A stretch of 64,000 nt of DNA from Octopus vulgaris (lineage: Eukaryota): contig OX597836.1 in assembly GCA_951406725.2 (NCBI GenBank), forward strand, positions 30,504,001-30,568,000. Direction: 5' to 3'. The notes under the pieces are model-generated. The model was not told where the DNA came from. It ran no database searches and was given only the letters and a program-made list of their open reading frames with translations. Below are positions 24,724-38,317 of the stretch, piece after piece (the stretch's first letter is position 1; each line of letters begins with the position of its first letter). A program made the translations under genes and the position numbers.

Positions 24724-25527
24724 ATTCGTTTTTAGAACAGTGGTTTTGAAAGCTAATCACATACAGCTATAAATATAAAGTTGAAAAACCCTTTCAGATA
24801 GACAATTTTTTCTACCCACTATTTACATTCTTTGTAGCTGTATGTGATGATGAGCTTCAAGAACCATTCATCCAAAAAGGAATTATTTCTGGTTCTCTCA
24901 TGAAAGTTTATAAAATTCTTGTGATAACAATAACACACATTATATGTTGATTATTATACACATTATATATTATTATCATCATTAGCAGTTTGTTAACTAA
25001 GCAGTTCAGTGAAAAGAAACCAATAGAAAAAGTACTAGGTTTAAAAATAAAATAAGTACAGAGGTCGATTTGTGCCCCAGCATGGCCACAGTCCAATGAC
25101 TGAAACAAGTAAACGATAAAAGATCTGCACTGATTTACAAAAATATCAAATCAGTACCAGTATAAGAGTTATGTTATTTTATCAACATCAGAAGGAGGAT
25201 AAAAGGCAAAGTTGGGCTCACTGGGATTTGAACTTGGACCATAAAATATTAATGCTAAATGCTGCCACAGGCATTTTCTCACACGCTCTACTGATTCTGC
25301 CAATCCATTGCTTCCCAGATTGAAATCAGATTAACTAGATCAGATTGCTGAAAGTTGAGTACAGAATGTATAAATGAGGTTTCTGGATATTAATTGAAAA
25401 TGGCAGACATGAGTTGTTCCTCTTATTCTTTTCATTTTTTTTTTTTTTTTAAAGCTAAAGAAAGAGATTAAATGGTGAAATAAAATTACTCATCTATGTA
25501 GAGCGGTTAAATATAATAATAATATCT

Positions 25528-25565
<38 letters not shown>

Positions 25566-25670
25566 TGAATAATAGAACTAGCCTAGCTTAAAAAGGTCAT
25601 CACACACAAACTCATGTTCTGGCTAAATACAATTTTTCTCTTACACTTGTTTGTCATCTTAAAAAATTAC

Positions 25671-25705
25671 TTGCGTAGCTTCAAAATCAGCAATTACTTT
25701 ATTTT
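25671..25705 (-). CDS. Candidate 35-nt coding microexon, (E)[11 protein letters not shown]; host gene unknown
   Basis: ttctccccctccctcttctctttctctccatttag|AAAATAAAGTAATTGCTGATTTTGAAGCTACGCAA|gtaatt; only one frame open (phase 1 to 0). Confidence 0.4.
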
Positions 25706-25877
25706 CTAAATGGAGAGAAAGAGAAGAGGGAGGGGGAGAAAAAAAAATTAAATAAAATGTAAGAGAGGAGAGTAAAAGGGAGATAAATAGTGAGAAATAG
25801 AGAGTCAGAAATTGGGAAAAGAGAAAAAAAAAGAGAGATGGAGAAAGCGGAGATAAAAAGTAAAATACAGACAGTGC

Positions 25878-26990
<1,113 letters not shown>

Positions 26991-27339
26991 TCTGTGTGTG
27001 TGTATACACATACAAAGAAATAGAGAGAGAGAGAGAAAGAGAGAGAGAACAAGAATTTGGAGATCATCACAAATTTCAATGGTCTATATATTGTTTTTGG
27101 TTTGCTGTCAAGATTTTGCTGAGACTGTGTGCACCATGATGCAAGAGAGGAAGAACGAACAAACCAACTGGACTATAAAGAAGAGCCAATAATCTAATAA
27201 AAACCTGATGGAAGATTAGACTGTGATGGCTGAAATAACTGCAATCTCAGGAGAACAAAGCGTTTGTTTTTTTCGGGGTGGGTTTTACTGTGGGTTTTTT
27301 TTCCTCTCATATAAAGAATGGAAAATAACAAATAATAAA

Positions 27340-27761
27340 AATAATATATAAGTATGTATGCATGTATGTATGTATGTACGTATGTATGTATGAGTGATAA
27401 GAATGTTACAAGTTTTGTTTGAAAGTTTCTCGCTGAGTGTTTTCCATTGATAATTATTACTGAAAACCAACACACATATATGTACATATCTCACACATGT
27501 ACCCACATGTCTGTGTGTGTGTGTGTGTATATATAAATATATGTGGGTACATGTGTGTGATATGTACACAAATACACATACTTTTATACACACACATATA
27601 TATATATATATATATACACACATACATAAACATATAAACATATATATATATACACAAACATATATATATACACACATACATATATATACATACACATACA
27701 TATATATAGATACATATACATATATATATACATACATAAACACATACATACATACATATAT

Positions 27762-27801
<40 letters not shown>

Positions 27802-28130
27802 TATATATATTCATACATATATACATCCATACATATATATCCATAAATATATAAACACATACACACATATATACACATGCACACATACATATATATACAC
27901 ATATTTGCACATATATATATGTGCATATATAAACACCTGCCAGATCTCCATATATATTGACATATCCATATATAAAATACACACAGACACACACACATAT
28001 ATATATATATATATACATATAAATTTACATATAAAGAAAATGTATATAAATATATATGTATATTTATGCATATACACAAACATAAATACATATACAGAGG
28101 CATATATACACACAGACAAATATATCTGTA
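27340..28130. repeat. Degenerate (TA)/(CA)/(TATG) microsatellite field
   Basis: Read directly. Confidence 0.9.
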
Positions 28131-28544
28131 TATTTTGACAAGCTTAAAAAAAACTTCCTATAAATTTCTTATTTGTGTAGAGCTATCAAAATTTCTTGTA
28201 AAAACCAATAAAACTGAAAACGAGGTGCACTTGTGAAATGATATATAAATCAAGGTATAGCTATCTTGTTGAGAAAATTGTTTCACATCTATGTGGATTT
28301 AGGTTCAAGGCATCTTGGGTAAGCATTTTCTCTCATAGTTTTGGATTGATCTATTTAAATAGAATTTAGTAAATGGACACCTTATGAAAGCCCATGAGGT
28401 ACCCATATTCATGTGCACATGCACACAAACACACTTGCCTTTCCTACAGCAGCAGTCCATAACCTTTTATTTTTTGCACCATGGAGCAGTTTCATGCAAG
28501 ACAATTATTACTTGAACTGTGGACCATGAATATAATAAAACACA

Positions 28545-28772
28545 TTAACCCTTTAGCATTTAAACCAGCCATATCCAGCCCAGATAGTCTACCTATTTTA
28601 AGTTGAAACTGGCCAGATACAGCCTCTCACACCTACTCTACAATGTCATTCTAAAACTAAACAATCACATCTTCAAAATCTTGAAGCTACAAGACACTAC
28701 ATGATCATTTTTTTTTAATGTGGATTAATATGCATTACATTTGATAAATTAATCTGAATGCAAAAGGGTTTA
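28545..28772 (+). mobile_element. piggyBac-like TTAA MITE nested in the hAT element
   Basis: ttaa|CCCTTTAGCATT ... AATGCAAAAGGG|ttta. Confidence 0.8.
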
Positions 28773-28818
28773 GGGTCGCAATACATAATTTAATTAGTAA
28801 ATAATAATTAAGAGCAAC

Positions 28819-29110
28819 AGAAGCAGTATTAATACAAAAAAGTAATATTTATCCCCACTTAAAAGTGGCTGTTATATTAGAACACAGAATACTGTGAATG
28901 TTTCCATGAGAGAAACTCTCATATGGACAAGTGGTGCACATTAGCACTTGTGTTTATATAGCTAACAGCAGTAGCAATGGCAGTTGATTATCTCCCATTA
29001 GCAATATAAACAAGAGTGTCTATATGCACTACAAACCCATATGAGAGGTTTTCTCACTGTATATATTACTAAAATATCCACTTTTAGTTGAGGATAAATA
29101 ACTTTATTAT
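28819..29110. mobile_element. Second, more diverged copy of the foldback element
   Basis: Shares 'agaagcagtattaata..aaaa.gtaat.ttta' and 'tgagaga..ctc.catat.g....ggtgca' with 23213-23336; has its own inverted right arm. Confidence 0.7.
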
Positions 29111-30081
29111 TATACATATAATACATATATTAAACAAAAATCACTCTCTAGATTGTGTTAGTAAATATAAGAGAAATAAAATTTTAAAATTTATTCCTTT
29201 GTGCGGCCCAGTACCAAATGAAACATAGCACAATATTGGCCTGTGACCTTGTAGTTGGGGACCCCTTCTCTACAGAATTCCTCACATAGAAGATTAATGA
29301 AAGCAATCCTCCTTATATTATCATCATCATCCTTTAATGTCTGCTACCTATTCTGGCATGAGTTGGACAGTTTGACCAGAGCTGCACCAAGTTCCAGTCT
29401 GATTTGGCTTGGCTTCTATGGCTGGGTGCTCTTCCTAATGCCAATCACTTTACAGAGTGTGTTGAATGCTTTTTATGTGGCAATGGCATAGGTGCTTTTA
29501 CAAGCTGGGCAAAAATAAATACACAAACTCATGCTGTGCAAATCTATCCTTCAAAGCTTTAAATTCCAGCAGCAATGTATTCACCAATCACAACGGTCCT
29601 ATAAAGAGGTAGCAATACATGCCACCATCGCTTCATCTTGAAGATGCGACAATGAAGATCTAGAAATGTTAATAGATTTAGGAACTTTATTTACTGTTCT
29701 AAACACACAAAAAGATATCATACAAAAGATATTTTTTAAAAATACTTGATAAAAAGATTAAACTAAAACACAGTCAAGTTTGCAATACAACATGCTGTCA
29801 CTCCCACCACCATCACTGTCATCAATATCATTGTTTTTAACTTCTACTTTTCCATGCTTGCATGAGTCGGACAAGACTTCAGTGAAGTCTGATACCAAGT
29901 CCTCTTCGATTATAAGAGCCAGCCATGGTTATTTCTTTTGAACTCAAGATATGAAGAAATATTTTCTTTTTTAGATTATTGAAATCTAAAGTGAATAAAC
30001 CTATAAATAACAGCATGTAAATATTGAGTTAAAAAAACCCTTTGAATAGAAAAGGTCAAAGTCTGCCCATAGGACACGAAC

Positions 30082-30090
30082 CTGCATCCG
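30082..30090 (-). other. Candidate 9-nt microexon
   Basis: gtcatatttacag|CGGATGCAG|gttcgt; frame-preserving, stop-free; pyrimidine tract and donor only moderate. Confidence 0.25.
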
Positions 30091-30276
30091 CTGTAAATAT
30101 GACATCCTTTAAATTTTACAATCCAAATGTTTTTAACCAACTATATACACATTTATAACTTTATTTGCTCGAAGATGTACCATTCAAAAAAATGAAAAAA
30201 ATTATTTCACATCCTCTTGAAGTTTATAAACTCTTAAGACATTAAAAATGAAGAAATATAACTAAAAGCTAAATAT

Positions 30277-30491
30277 TGGTTTCAAATTTTGGCATCAGGC
30301 CAGCAGTTTTAGGGTTGGTGGGGTCTAGTTGATTATATTGACCCCACTACTCAACTAGTACTTATTTTATTGACCCTGAAAAGATGAAAAGCAGAGTCAA
30401 CCTTGGTGGAATTTGAACTTAGAACTCAGGACAAGCAAAATGCTGCCAAGCATTTTGCCAGCATGCTAATGAATCTGCCAGCTCACCACCT
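30277..30491 (-). mobile_element. SINE family B (tRNA-like head plus Nin-like domain), variant tail
   Basis: Reverse complement of ggtggtgagctggcaga...gagttcaaattcc...cttttcatc.tttcagggtcaataaaataagtac...tgctggcc.g.tgccaaaatttgaaacc. Confidence 0.8.
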
Positions 30492-31179
30492 TAACTAAAA
30501 GCCAAATATTAATATCAAATATAGATGCAAAGCCAGATTTTTTTGTTGGAGGTGGGGGTGTAGTTTAGGCATAGTTGAAGTAATTGGTTTAATTAACTCA
30601 GTAATTCACCGATACATATTTTATCATGTCTGGAGAGATGAAAGCTGACCTCTTCTCTGCTACTATACTTCAGAAAAGGGAAAGCATGGCTGGAATGCTT
30701 TTAATCAATAGGTCTAATCATTTAGACCTGGGCTAAGGCTGAATTAACAATGACTGAACCAACTCTATCAATATATTTTTTTTCTGACTGTAGCATGTGC
30801 TTTGAAGGAGATTTGGTCACTATTTCTAATAGATTGAGCCAGCAGTCAAACTTCCCACTCCACCTTATTATTCTTCTTGTTCTTTTTAATAATTTAATAT
30901 GGAGGGAGGAGCAGTTCCTATGGTTTTTGCACAACAGTGTGAGGCTTAACCCTTTAATGCTCAGATTACTCTGCTAAATGCAATGTTTATTCATTCATGT
31001 ATATATCTCTTCTATTTCTTACTTGTTTCAGTCATTGGACAGTGGCCATGCTGAGGCACTGCCTTGAAGAATTTTAATCAAATTAATCACCCCCAGAACT
31101 TTCTTAAGACTGGTAATTATTCTATCAGTCGTTTTTGTCGAACCACTAAGTTAGAGATATGAAAACACCTTTGGTGATA

Positions 31180-31682
31180 TACTATGCTTGAGAAGACCGG
31201 TCAAGCCAAATGAAATCATAGTCATGACTGATGCTGGTGTCATGTAACTGGCACTCATGCTGGTGGTGTGTAAAGAGCACCTTTCGTGTGTTGGGTCTCA
31301 TGGAGGCAAAGTGGCTGAGTTCCTTTCAAGCATTGGGCCTCACAGAGGTGAGTTCCTTTTGAGCAGTGGGCCTCATGGAGGCAAAATGGCTAAGTTCCTT
31401 TTGAGTGTTGGGCCTCACGGAGACAATGACCGAGACCTTTGGCATTATTTTGTGCTTCAGAAGAAGACCCACCAAGCCAAGCAAAATTATAGTCGTGTCA
31501 TGCTGGTGGCACACAAAACACCCATTAAATTCTTGGAGTGGTTGGCATTAGGAAGGGCATCTAGCCATAGAAACTATACCAAATCAGACTGGCATCTGGT
31601 GCAGTCTTCCAGCTTGCCAGCCCTGGTCAAACCATCCAACCCATGCCAGCATGGACAACGGATGTTAAATGATGATGACGAT
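31180..31682 (+). mobile_element. Family C element with an internal ~42-bp tandem repeat
   Basis: 'gggcctca.ggaggcaaa.tggct.agttccttt' repeated ~3 times at 31290-31420; RTE-type tail. Confidence 0.85.
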
Positions 31683-32499
31683 ATATAATGCAGAACCACT
31701 TTGCAGACTGCAATAGTCAATAAAATAAAATTTTTAATTTCATTTTGTTCATTCTCAGTGGTCTGGTACCAAATAATCTGCAGCTTGATACTCATCTGTG
31801 GCCTAGAGGTTGAGGAGCCCTGAAGAAGAGAATTCTTCATTTACTTGGGTTTCCCTTTGTAATTTATGAAATTTTTGGAAATGTGGCTGCTATTTCTAGG
31901 AGATTCAGCAACCACACAGAAACTTCCCTGTTGATTTGTCATTGGCTCATTGTGTGGTTAGGGGCAGAGAAAGGTAGAACTGTTGTTAACTGAAAATACA
32001 TATAATTGCCACATTTATTATATGGCATCTATCATTATTAACGCAGGTACTACCTGTTAGATCTCTGCAATTAAGCCAAAGCTAACAAGCCCGATTTATA
32101 TCAAGATGAGATGGATGTTGAAGAAGACTTGTTGGATTTTAGCCAGCTGCTTAAAGTGTGTATGTGGAGTAGGTTGGCCTTGCCAAGTTGTAAAAATATC
32201 TCCAGCAGCAAAAATAGGGGTTTGTTTGCACTATTAATTGCTTCCTTCTCCTCTTCCTAAGTATTAGGAATGTGGTTGCAGCAGCAATTTGAATTTTGGG
32301 GGAGAGGAGAGGGCTGTTAGCATGATTTTTAGGTCCACTTAGCAACATATGTCAACATACCATATATATATATATAACATAGAAGAAAAATGAGTTCATT
32401 GCTGAGTGTAAGTCAAAACGAATTGTGTGTGTGTGTGTGTGTGTGTGTATATAAAACATACTCACACACATTTTCATGTGTGTATGTGCATGTGTATTT

Positions 32500-32635
32500 A
32501 GGCATAAGCATGGCTGTGTGATAAGATGTTTGCTTCCCAGCCATGTGGTTCCAGGGTGAGCCCTTGTGCAAGTGTCTTCTACCATTGCTGTAGGCAAACC
32601 AAAGTCTTATGAATGGAAACTGAAAGAAGCCTGTC

Positions 32636-32675
<40 letters not shown>

Positions 32676-33243
32676 ATGTGTGTGTGCATGTGAGTGTGTG
32701 TGTGCATGCGAGTGTGTGTGTGTGCATGCGAGTGTGTGTGCATGCGAGTGTGTGTGTGTGCATGCGAGTGTGTGTGTGCATGCGAGTGTGTGTGTGTGCA
32801 TGCGAGTGTGTGTGTGTGCATGCGAGTGTGTGTGTGTGTGCATACGAGTGTGTGTGTGTGTGCATGCGAGTGTGTGTGTGTGTGTGTGCATGCGAGTGTG
32901 TGAGTGTGCATGCGAGTGTGTGTGTGAGAGAGAGAGTGTGTATGCGAGTGTGTGTGTGTGTGTGCATGCAAGTGTGTGTATGTGCATGCGAGTGTGTGTG
33001 CGAGTGTGCATATACGTGCTCGCACACATGCATGCATGCATTAAAGTTTCCTTGACTTGACATTACATGATAGTTGTAAAAATGAGCATCGCCTTCATAC
33101 CAGCAGTGTGGATCATTTCCAATATTCTGTGAGAACATGTCTGGCCATGTGGAAAACATTACCTCGATTGTATACAGGTAAAGGTTGGCATCAAGAAGGG
33201 AATCTGATCATAGAAAATCTGCCACAATATAAAGTCTGACCCA
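32500..33243 (+). mobile_element. SINE family D with an expanded internal minisatellite
   Basis: Family A head, then (TG)n/GCATGCGA array, then the D body. Confidence 0.75.
32640..33040. repeat. Variable (GT)n-GCATGCGA minisatellite
   Basis: Roughly a dozen GCATGC-containing units separated by (GT)3-8. Confidence 0.95.
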
Positions 33244-33244
33244 T

Positions 33245-33620
33245 CAACCCCAGTACTTGACTAGTACTTTATGTTATCAACCCTGAGAGGATGGAAGGTA
33301 AAGTCACCTTTGATGGCGTTTCAACTCAGAATGTAAAGCTGCAAGAAATGCTACTAAGCATTTTTGTCTCATGTGCTAAAAATTCTGCCAGCTTTCTACC
33401 TTTTCCATAATAAAAATGGTTTCAAATTTAGGCACACAGCCAGCAACTTTTGGATAAGGGATAAGTTAGTTACACTAACCCCAGCATTCTTCCAACCCTG
33501 AGAGGATAAAAGGCAAAGTTGACCTCAGTGGCATTTGAACTCAGCAAATAAAGCCAGAAAGTAGTGCCACTAAGCATTTTCTCCAGAATGATAATAATAT
33601 TTCTTCCAGTTCACTGCCTT
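33245..33620 (-). mobile_element. Two tandem degenerate family B SINEs
   Basis: 'ccctgagaggat..aagg.aaagt..acct' and 'gaactcag' motifs occur twice. Confidence 0.7.
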
Positions 33621-34159
33621 CACGATGATGATGATAATGATAATAATAATGAAAAATAAAAAAATATATTAAGTTTTAATGACATTTCAAGTTTGTACAC
33701 ATTAAAAAACTGTTTACATACCAACTCATAACTTAGATAAGCTATCTATACAGATTAAAATCAAAAAACGAAAAAATTGTCAAGTTAACAATGAATGAGT
33801 TTAAAGTTTAAGAGAGTTGGGAGAAAACTACAATAATTATATCAGCTTCACTGAATAAATTTGTCCACACAGTAGATTTACTGCCGGTAAACCCAGTCTT
33901 TCAATACAAGATTACAACAAGAGAACAATTGCTTAAGTAGTAAAGTATTGGCTATTATGATTATCAAATTAATAATATACAATGACCTATCACTACAGCA
34001 AAATTACATTTAACCCTTGTGATACCAACCTGTAGGAAACCAATCAACTCCACTGGTTCTATTATACAAATTGTCTCGTTTTAAAGGCATTCAGATATAA
34101 ATTAAAATATTTCATGGAGACTTTATGCAAGAATCTTTTCAGAGTTATACTTGTTTAAC

Positions 34160-34564
34160 GGGTAGGAGTGGCTGTGTGGTAAGTAGCTTGCTTACGAACC
34201 ACATGGTTCCAGGTTCAGTCCCACTGCGTGGCACCTTGGGCAAGTGTCTTCTACTATAGCCTCGGGCCGACCAAAGCCTTGTGGCCGGATTTGGTAGACG
34301 GAAACTGAAAGAAGCCCGTCGTATATACGTATACATATATATGTGTATGTTTGTGTGTCTGTGTTTGTTCCCCCCAACATCGCTTGACAATCGATGCTGG
34401 TGTGTTTATGTCCCCGTAACTTAGCGGTTCGGCAAAAGAGACCGATAGATTAAGTACTAGGCTTACAAAGAATAAGTCCTGGGGTCGGTTTACTCGACTA
34501 AAGGCAGTGCTCCAGCATGGCTACAGTCACAAGACTGAAACAAGTAAAAGAGTAAAGAGAGTAA
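34160..34564 (+). mobile_element. SINE family A, young full-length copy
   Basis: CpG-rich, all modules intact, (GAGTAAA)n tail. Confidence 0.92.
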
Positions 34565-34635
34565 CATGATCAGAGACCATGTGTTACAGAAACTGAAGCA
34601 ATTACTTTGTAGAAAAGCCAGTTAAGCCATTTATT

Positions 34636-34925
34636 GCCATCATCGTTAACATTTCGACATCCACTTTCCCCATGCTTGCATGGGTCAGACAGAATTTGTT
34701 GAGATGGATTTTCTACAGGCGGATGCCCTTCCTGTCACCAGCCCTCATCTGTTTCCAAATAAGGTAATAATATTTCCCCATAACCGGACGTTTCCACAGA
34801 AAACTGAAAACGAAGAACATCACTTGTATGACAGTGACACTTGTTTACAACTATCTCATGATATGACGGCAAGGAGACAACAGACACTAACATATGCACA
34901 CACACACACACACGCACGCACACAC
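34636..34925 (-). mobile_element. SINE family D 3' part
   Basis: catccactttccccatgcttgcatgggtcagac...ggatgcccttcctgtcacca. Confidence 0.8.
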
Positions 34926-35040
34926 ACACACACCTTTTTATCTTTTACTTGTTTCAGTTATTAGACTGCAGCCATGCTGGGGCACTACCTTGAAGAATTT
35001 TAGCAGAATGAAGCGACTCCAGTTTTTTTTTTTTCTTTTT

Positions 35041-35449
35041 TCTTCTACTTGTTTCAGTCATTTGACTGTGGCCATGCTGGAGCACCGCCTTAAGTCGAGC
35101 AAATCGACCCCGGGACTTATTCTTTGTAAGCCCAGTACTTATTCTATCGGTCTCTTTTGCTGAGCTGCTAAGTGACGGGGACGTAAACACACCAGCATCG
35201 GTTGTCAAACAATGCTAGGGGGACAAACACAGACACACAAACACATAGACACACACACATATATATATATACATATATACGACAGGCTTCTTTCAGTTTC
35301 TGTCTACCAAATCCACTCACAAGGCATTGGTCGGCCGGGGCTATAGCAGAAGACACTTGCCCAAGATGCCATTGAACCTGGAACCATGTGGTTGGTTAGC
35401 AAGCTACTTACCACACAGCCACTCCTGCGCCTATGGCCACTCCTGCGCC
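35041..35449 (-). mobile_element. SINE family A, young copy nested in an older family A copy (34935-35740)
   Basis: Near-consensus; 5' end 'ccactcctgcgcc' locally duplicated; flanks continue an older copy. Confidence 0.88.
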
Positions 35450-35731
35450 AGTACTTCATATTTTTTTTTGTAAAGCCTGGTATTTATTCTATTGGTCCTT
35501 TTTGCTGAACCACTAATTTATGGGGATGTAAACATACCAACACCAGTAGCTCAGCAGTGGTGTGATATGGGGGGGACACACACACACACATGTATACAAT
35601 GGATTTCTTCCAGTTTCCCTCTACCAAATCCACTCACAAGGCCTTAGTTGCCCAAGGTGCCATGCAGTGGGATTGGACCCAGAACCATGTGGTTGAGATG
35701 TAAACTTCTTAACAGACAGCCAAGCCAGCAC

Positions 35732-35764
<33 letters not shown>

Positions 35765-35881
35765 TTGTATGTGCCTGTGTTTGAAGAATATAGAGAGAGA
35801 GGACAAAAGGGAATAAGCTTTGTTAACAAAAAGGTCAGCAGCTAGAATGTCAATGTAGAGGGGAGAGAGAGAGAGAAAGAG

Positions 35882-35914
<33 letters not shown>

Positions 35915-36394
35915 CAGAAGAACAGAGTGAGAGGGAAAAGTGAGAAATTAGAGACTAAACCTTATGATATACTTAGATGAGAAGGCTAAATCACATTAAT
36001 GATGAACAGAATAATATAGTTCTCAACTATTGATGAAAAATTCATTAAAAAAATTCATGTCAACAATGATAGAAGTTTCAACCTCAATAGTGTTGGTGTG
36101 AGATGAGTAAAATCAGAGAGAGAGGTATGTTGAGGTTAGATGTCTACAATATAAATGAAAGACAGCCAAATAATTGTTGGTGATTAAAGGAGTATGATGA
36201 ATGAAGAGATAAACATTTGAGCCAGAGTAATTGGAGGGCTTTTGTTGTTGTTGAAGGTTTTGTCCAGGTGAGATAAATGATTGAAAAAAAAGGTTAGAAT
36301 ACAGAGAGTAGCCCTCAACATAAGAGATGGAGTAGATATAGGAAATGAGAAATTTGTGTTTTAGGAAGAAATAGGCATGGGTTTTGTAGCTAAT

Positions 36395-36795
36395 GTTGTT
36401 GTTGTTGTTGTTGGCCTGGACCAAACAGATTTATGATCACAGGTTCTCCAGTCATGACCATCTCATACATCCAAGACTATATTATCCAATGTGGACTTCT
36501 TTTTTAAGACAGCATGGAGTGCTTTGATGGATATCCAACTGCTATTTTTAACAGGTAGAGTAACCATATAATTGCTCCCTCATCTCATGTTAGTAGCTTC
36601 TTTTGCTGATGTTTAACTCTAGATGAATCTTGATCAAACTGTTCCACCTACAGTCACTCTATCATATTTTAAGACAATGTATTCAACGATATTATCCAAA
36701 ATGTGTGCTTAAAGAGTTAAGGTAATATTTGAGGGGAATTTGGCTGCTTTTTCTAGCATTTCCCATAATCTAGTAAGATACTCCCTCATTGGCTT
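36395..36795 (-). mobile_element. Family E head-to-tail dimer
   Basis: Two successive units, each containing 'attatcca' and 'gct.tttt.a.ca'; (gtt)n tail at 36395. Confidence 0.6.
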
Positions 36796-37547
36796 GAGTG
36801 ACCTTTTGTGTTAGGAGGACATGTTGAATTGATAATGAGATAGAAGAGGAAAGTTTGGGATATATAGAAATAAATATCCTACCAAAATGAGCAAGAATAA
36901 GCCTGCAGATAAGACCTATGTGCTACAGCAGATAAGGCCTGCGTGTTACCAAGTTCATTCAATATGATATTTATTCTATCATTTTTGCCTCTGCAGAACC
37001 ACATGCATAGCATCGTGATAAAGAATTCCAATTCACAATCACATAGTTGTGCGTTTGATCCTTCAGCATAGCACCTTGGGTACATGTCATTCACCTACTA
37101 TAAGCCCATCACAGAATTATGCATTTTGTCTAGTGGGCACCATGGAAATTCCTCAGAACGAAAAAGCTTAAGAGAAGCTATTTAAGTGAGGAAGGATGAT
37201 TTGCATTTTTATTTCTCTTAGTTATTTCGCTTCCAGTCACAGTAATATATAATTTTAAAATTTCCTTCCGCTAAGCACTTTATATTTTTCACTTTCTCTC
37301 TACCTCTTCAACAAACTTTTTAACCATGTAATTCCCCTCTTCATGCCTTTAACATCTCTCTGTTTCTCTTCACCTCTCACTTCCACTAACCACAAGAGTA
37401 ACAGCATAATGCATTGGCTGGCTATCTTCTCTCTCACACCTTCGCATTCCCTCTTCCTCTCTCTCACTCCACCCCCTCATGCTCCTCTCTAACAAACTAA
37501 AGCGTAAACTGTGAACAAACAGGTAGAAGACAAATATTATGGATTTT

Positions 37548-37748
37548 ACGGAGATGTACTTGCATAGCAAGTGACCTGATCTGAGATCGTGTGCTGGAAC
37601 GAAAACAATTGCAGTGTGGAAAGTGTTTATAGGCCATTTAAGAAACACAAAAACTATTAGATTCATTTCAACATTTAAATTTAATTTGCCAAAATATTTT
37701 CGTCACTTTGAGACCGCAACCTGTTCTCTGACAAATATCCGTGCTGTT
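37548..37748 (-). mobile_element. 201-bp insertion with 13-bp TSD, Penelope-like
   Basis: tattatggatttt at 37535-37547 and 37749-37761; minus strand has a stem-GAAA hammerhead-like motif. Confidence 0.65.
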
Positions 37749-38317
37749 TATTATGGATTTTGTTAAAAAAATACTTTTCAGTATCAACACACCACCACTA
37801 TCATCATCACTATAGTTTTCAGTAACAAGGCTCATTTCAGTTCAGCTGTTTGTTTAAATCTTTTTCTGCTTGTTGATGTATCTCTACTATGACAATACAA
37901 ATACTATCTGCCCCTCTCTCTCTCTCAATGTAACTGCCTCCTCTGTCCATTTCTCTCTATCTGCCTTTCTTTAACCTCACCACCAGGACATCACTCTCTG
38001 CTGAATATTGTATCCTAAACATCTCTTTACTTTTCCCTTCCCTGCATATTGCACATCGCTAACACTTCTCTCTCCCTCTTTGCCCCTCCCTTCAGCTAAC
38101 TACATGATGCATTTGGCTTTATTATACATCTTTTGCTACTTCTTCCTCACTTCTTTCTCTCTACTCACATTCCTCCCCTCTCTAACTAACTAATGGGTGA
38201 ACGAACAAGCAGATTATTATGTAGATACATAAAAGTTAATGAATGCTCCAAGTTGTAGGCCACAATTTACACACACAAACACAGACGCATGCACACAGAC
38301 ACACATATATACATAAA

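Larger units (their letters stand above)
28450..29267. mobile_element. hAT/Charlie (MER1-like) non-autonomous element with nested MITEs
   Basis: CAGCAGTCCATAACC ... GTTGGGGACCCCTT termini; imperfect 8-bp TSD tcctacag/ctctacag. Confidence 0.7.

Noticed and set aside
32076-32156. Plus-strand acidic frame KPDLYQDEMDVEEDLLDFSQLLK
   Set aside because: Weak acceptor and donor and no recognisable homology; cannot be supported.
32413-33159. His/Thr- and Cys/Val-rich ORFs
   Set aside because: Products of the (GT)n-GCATGCGA repeat.
34160-34230. tRNA gene calls for SINE heads
   Set aside because: A/B boxes are present but I see no complete cloverleaf, and each head continues into a SINE body.
36130-36380. 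Possible ancient Penelope RT remnant (YSISYVEG..PSTTTKALQL..SYSFNHQ); similar hints at 55430-55760 and 61540-61790
   Set aside because: Similarity is too degenerate to call by eye; it needs a profile-HMM search.
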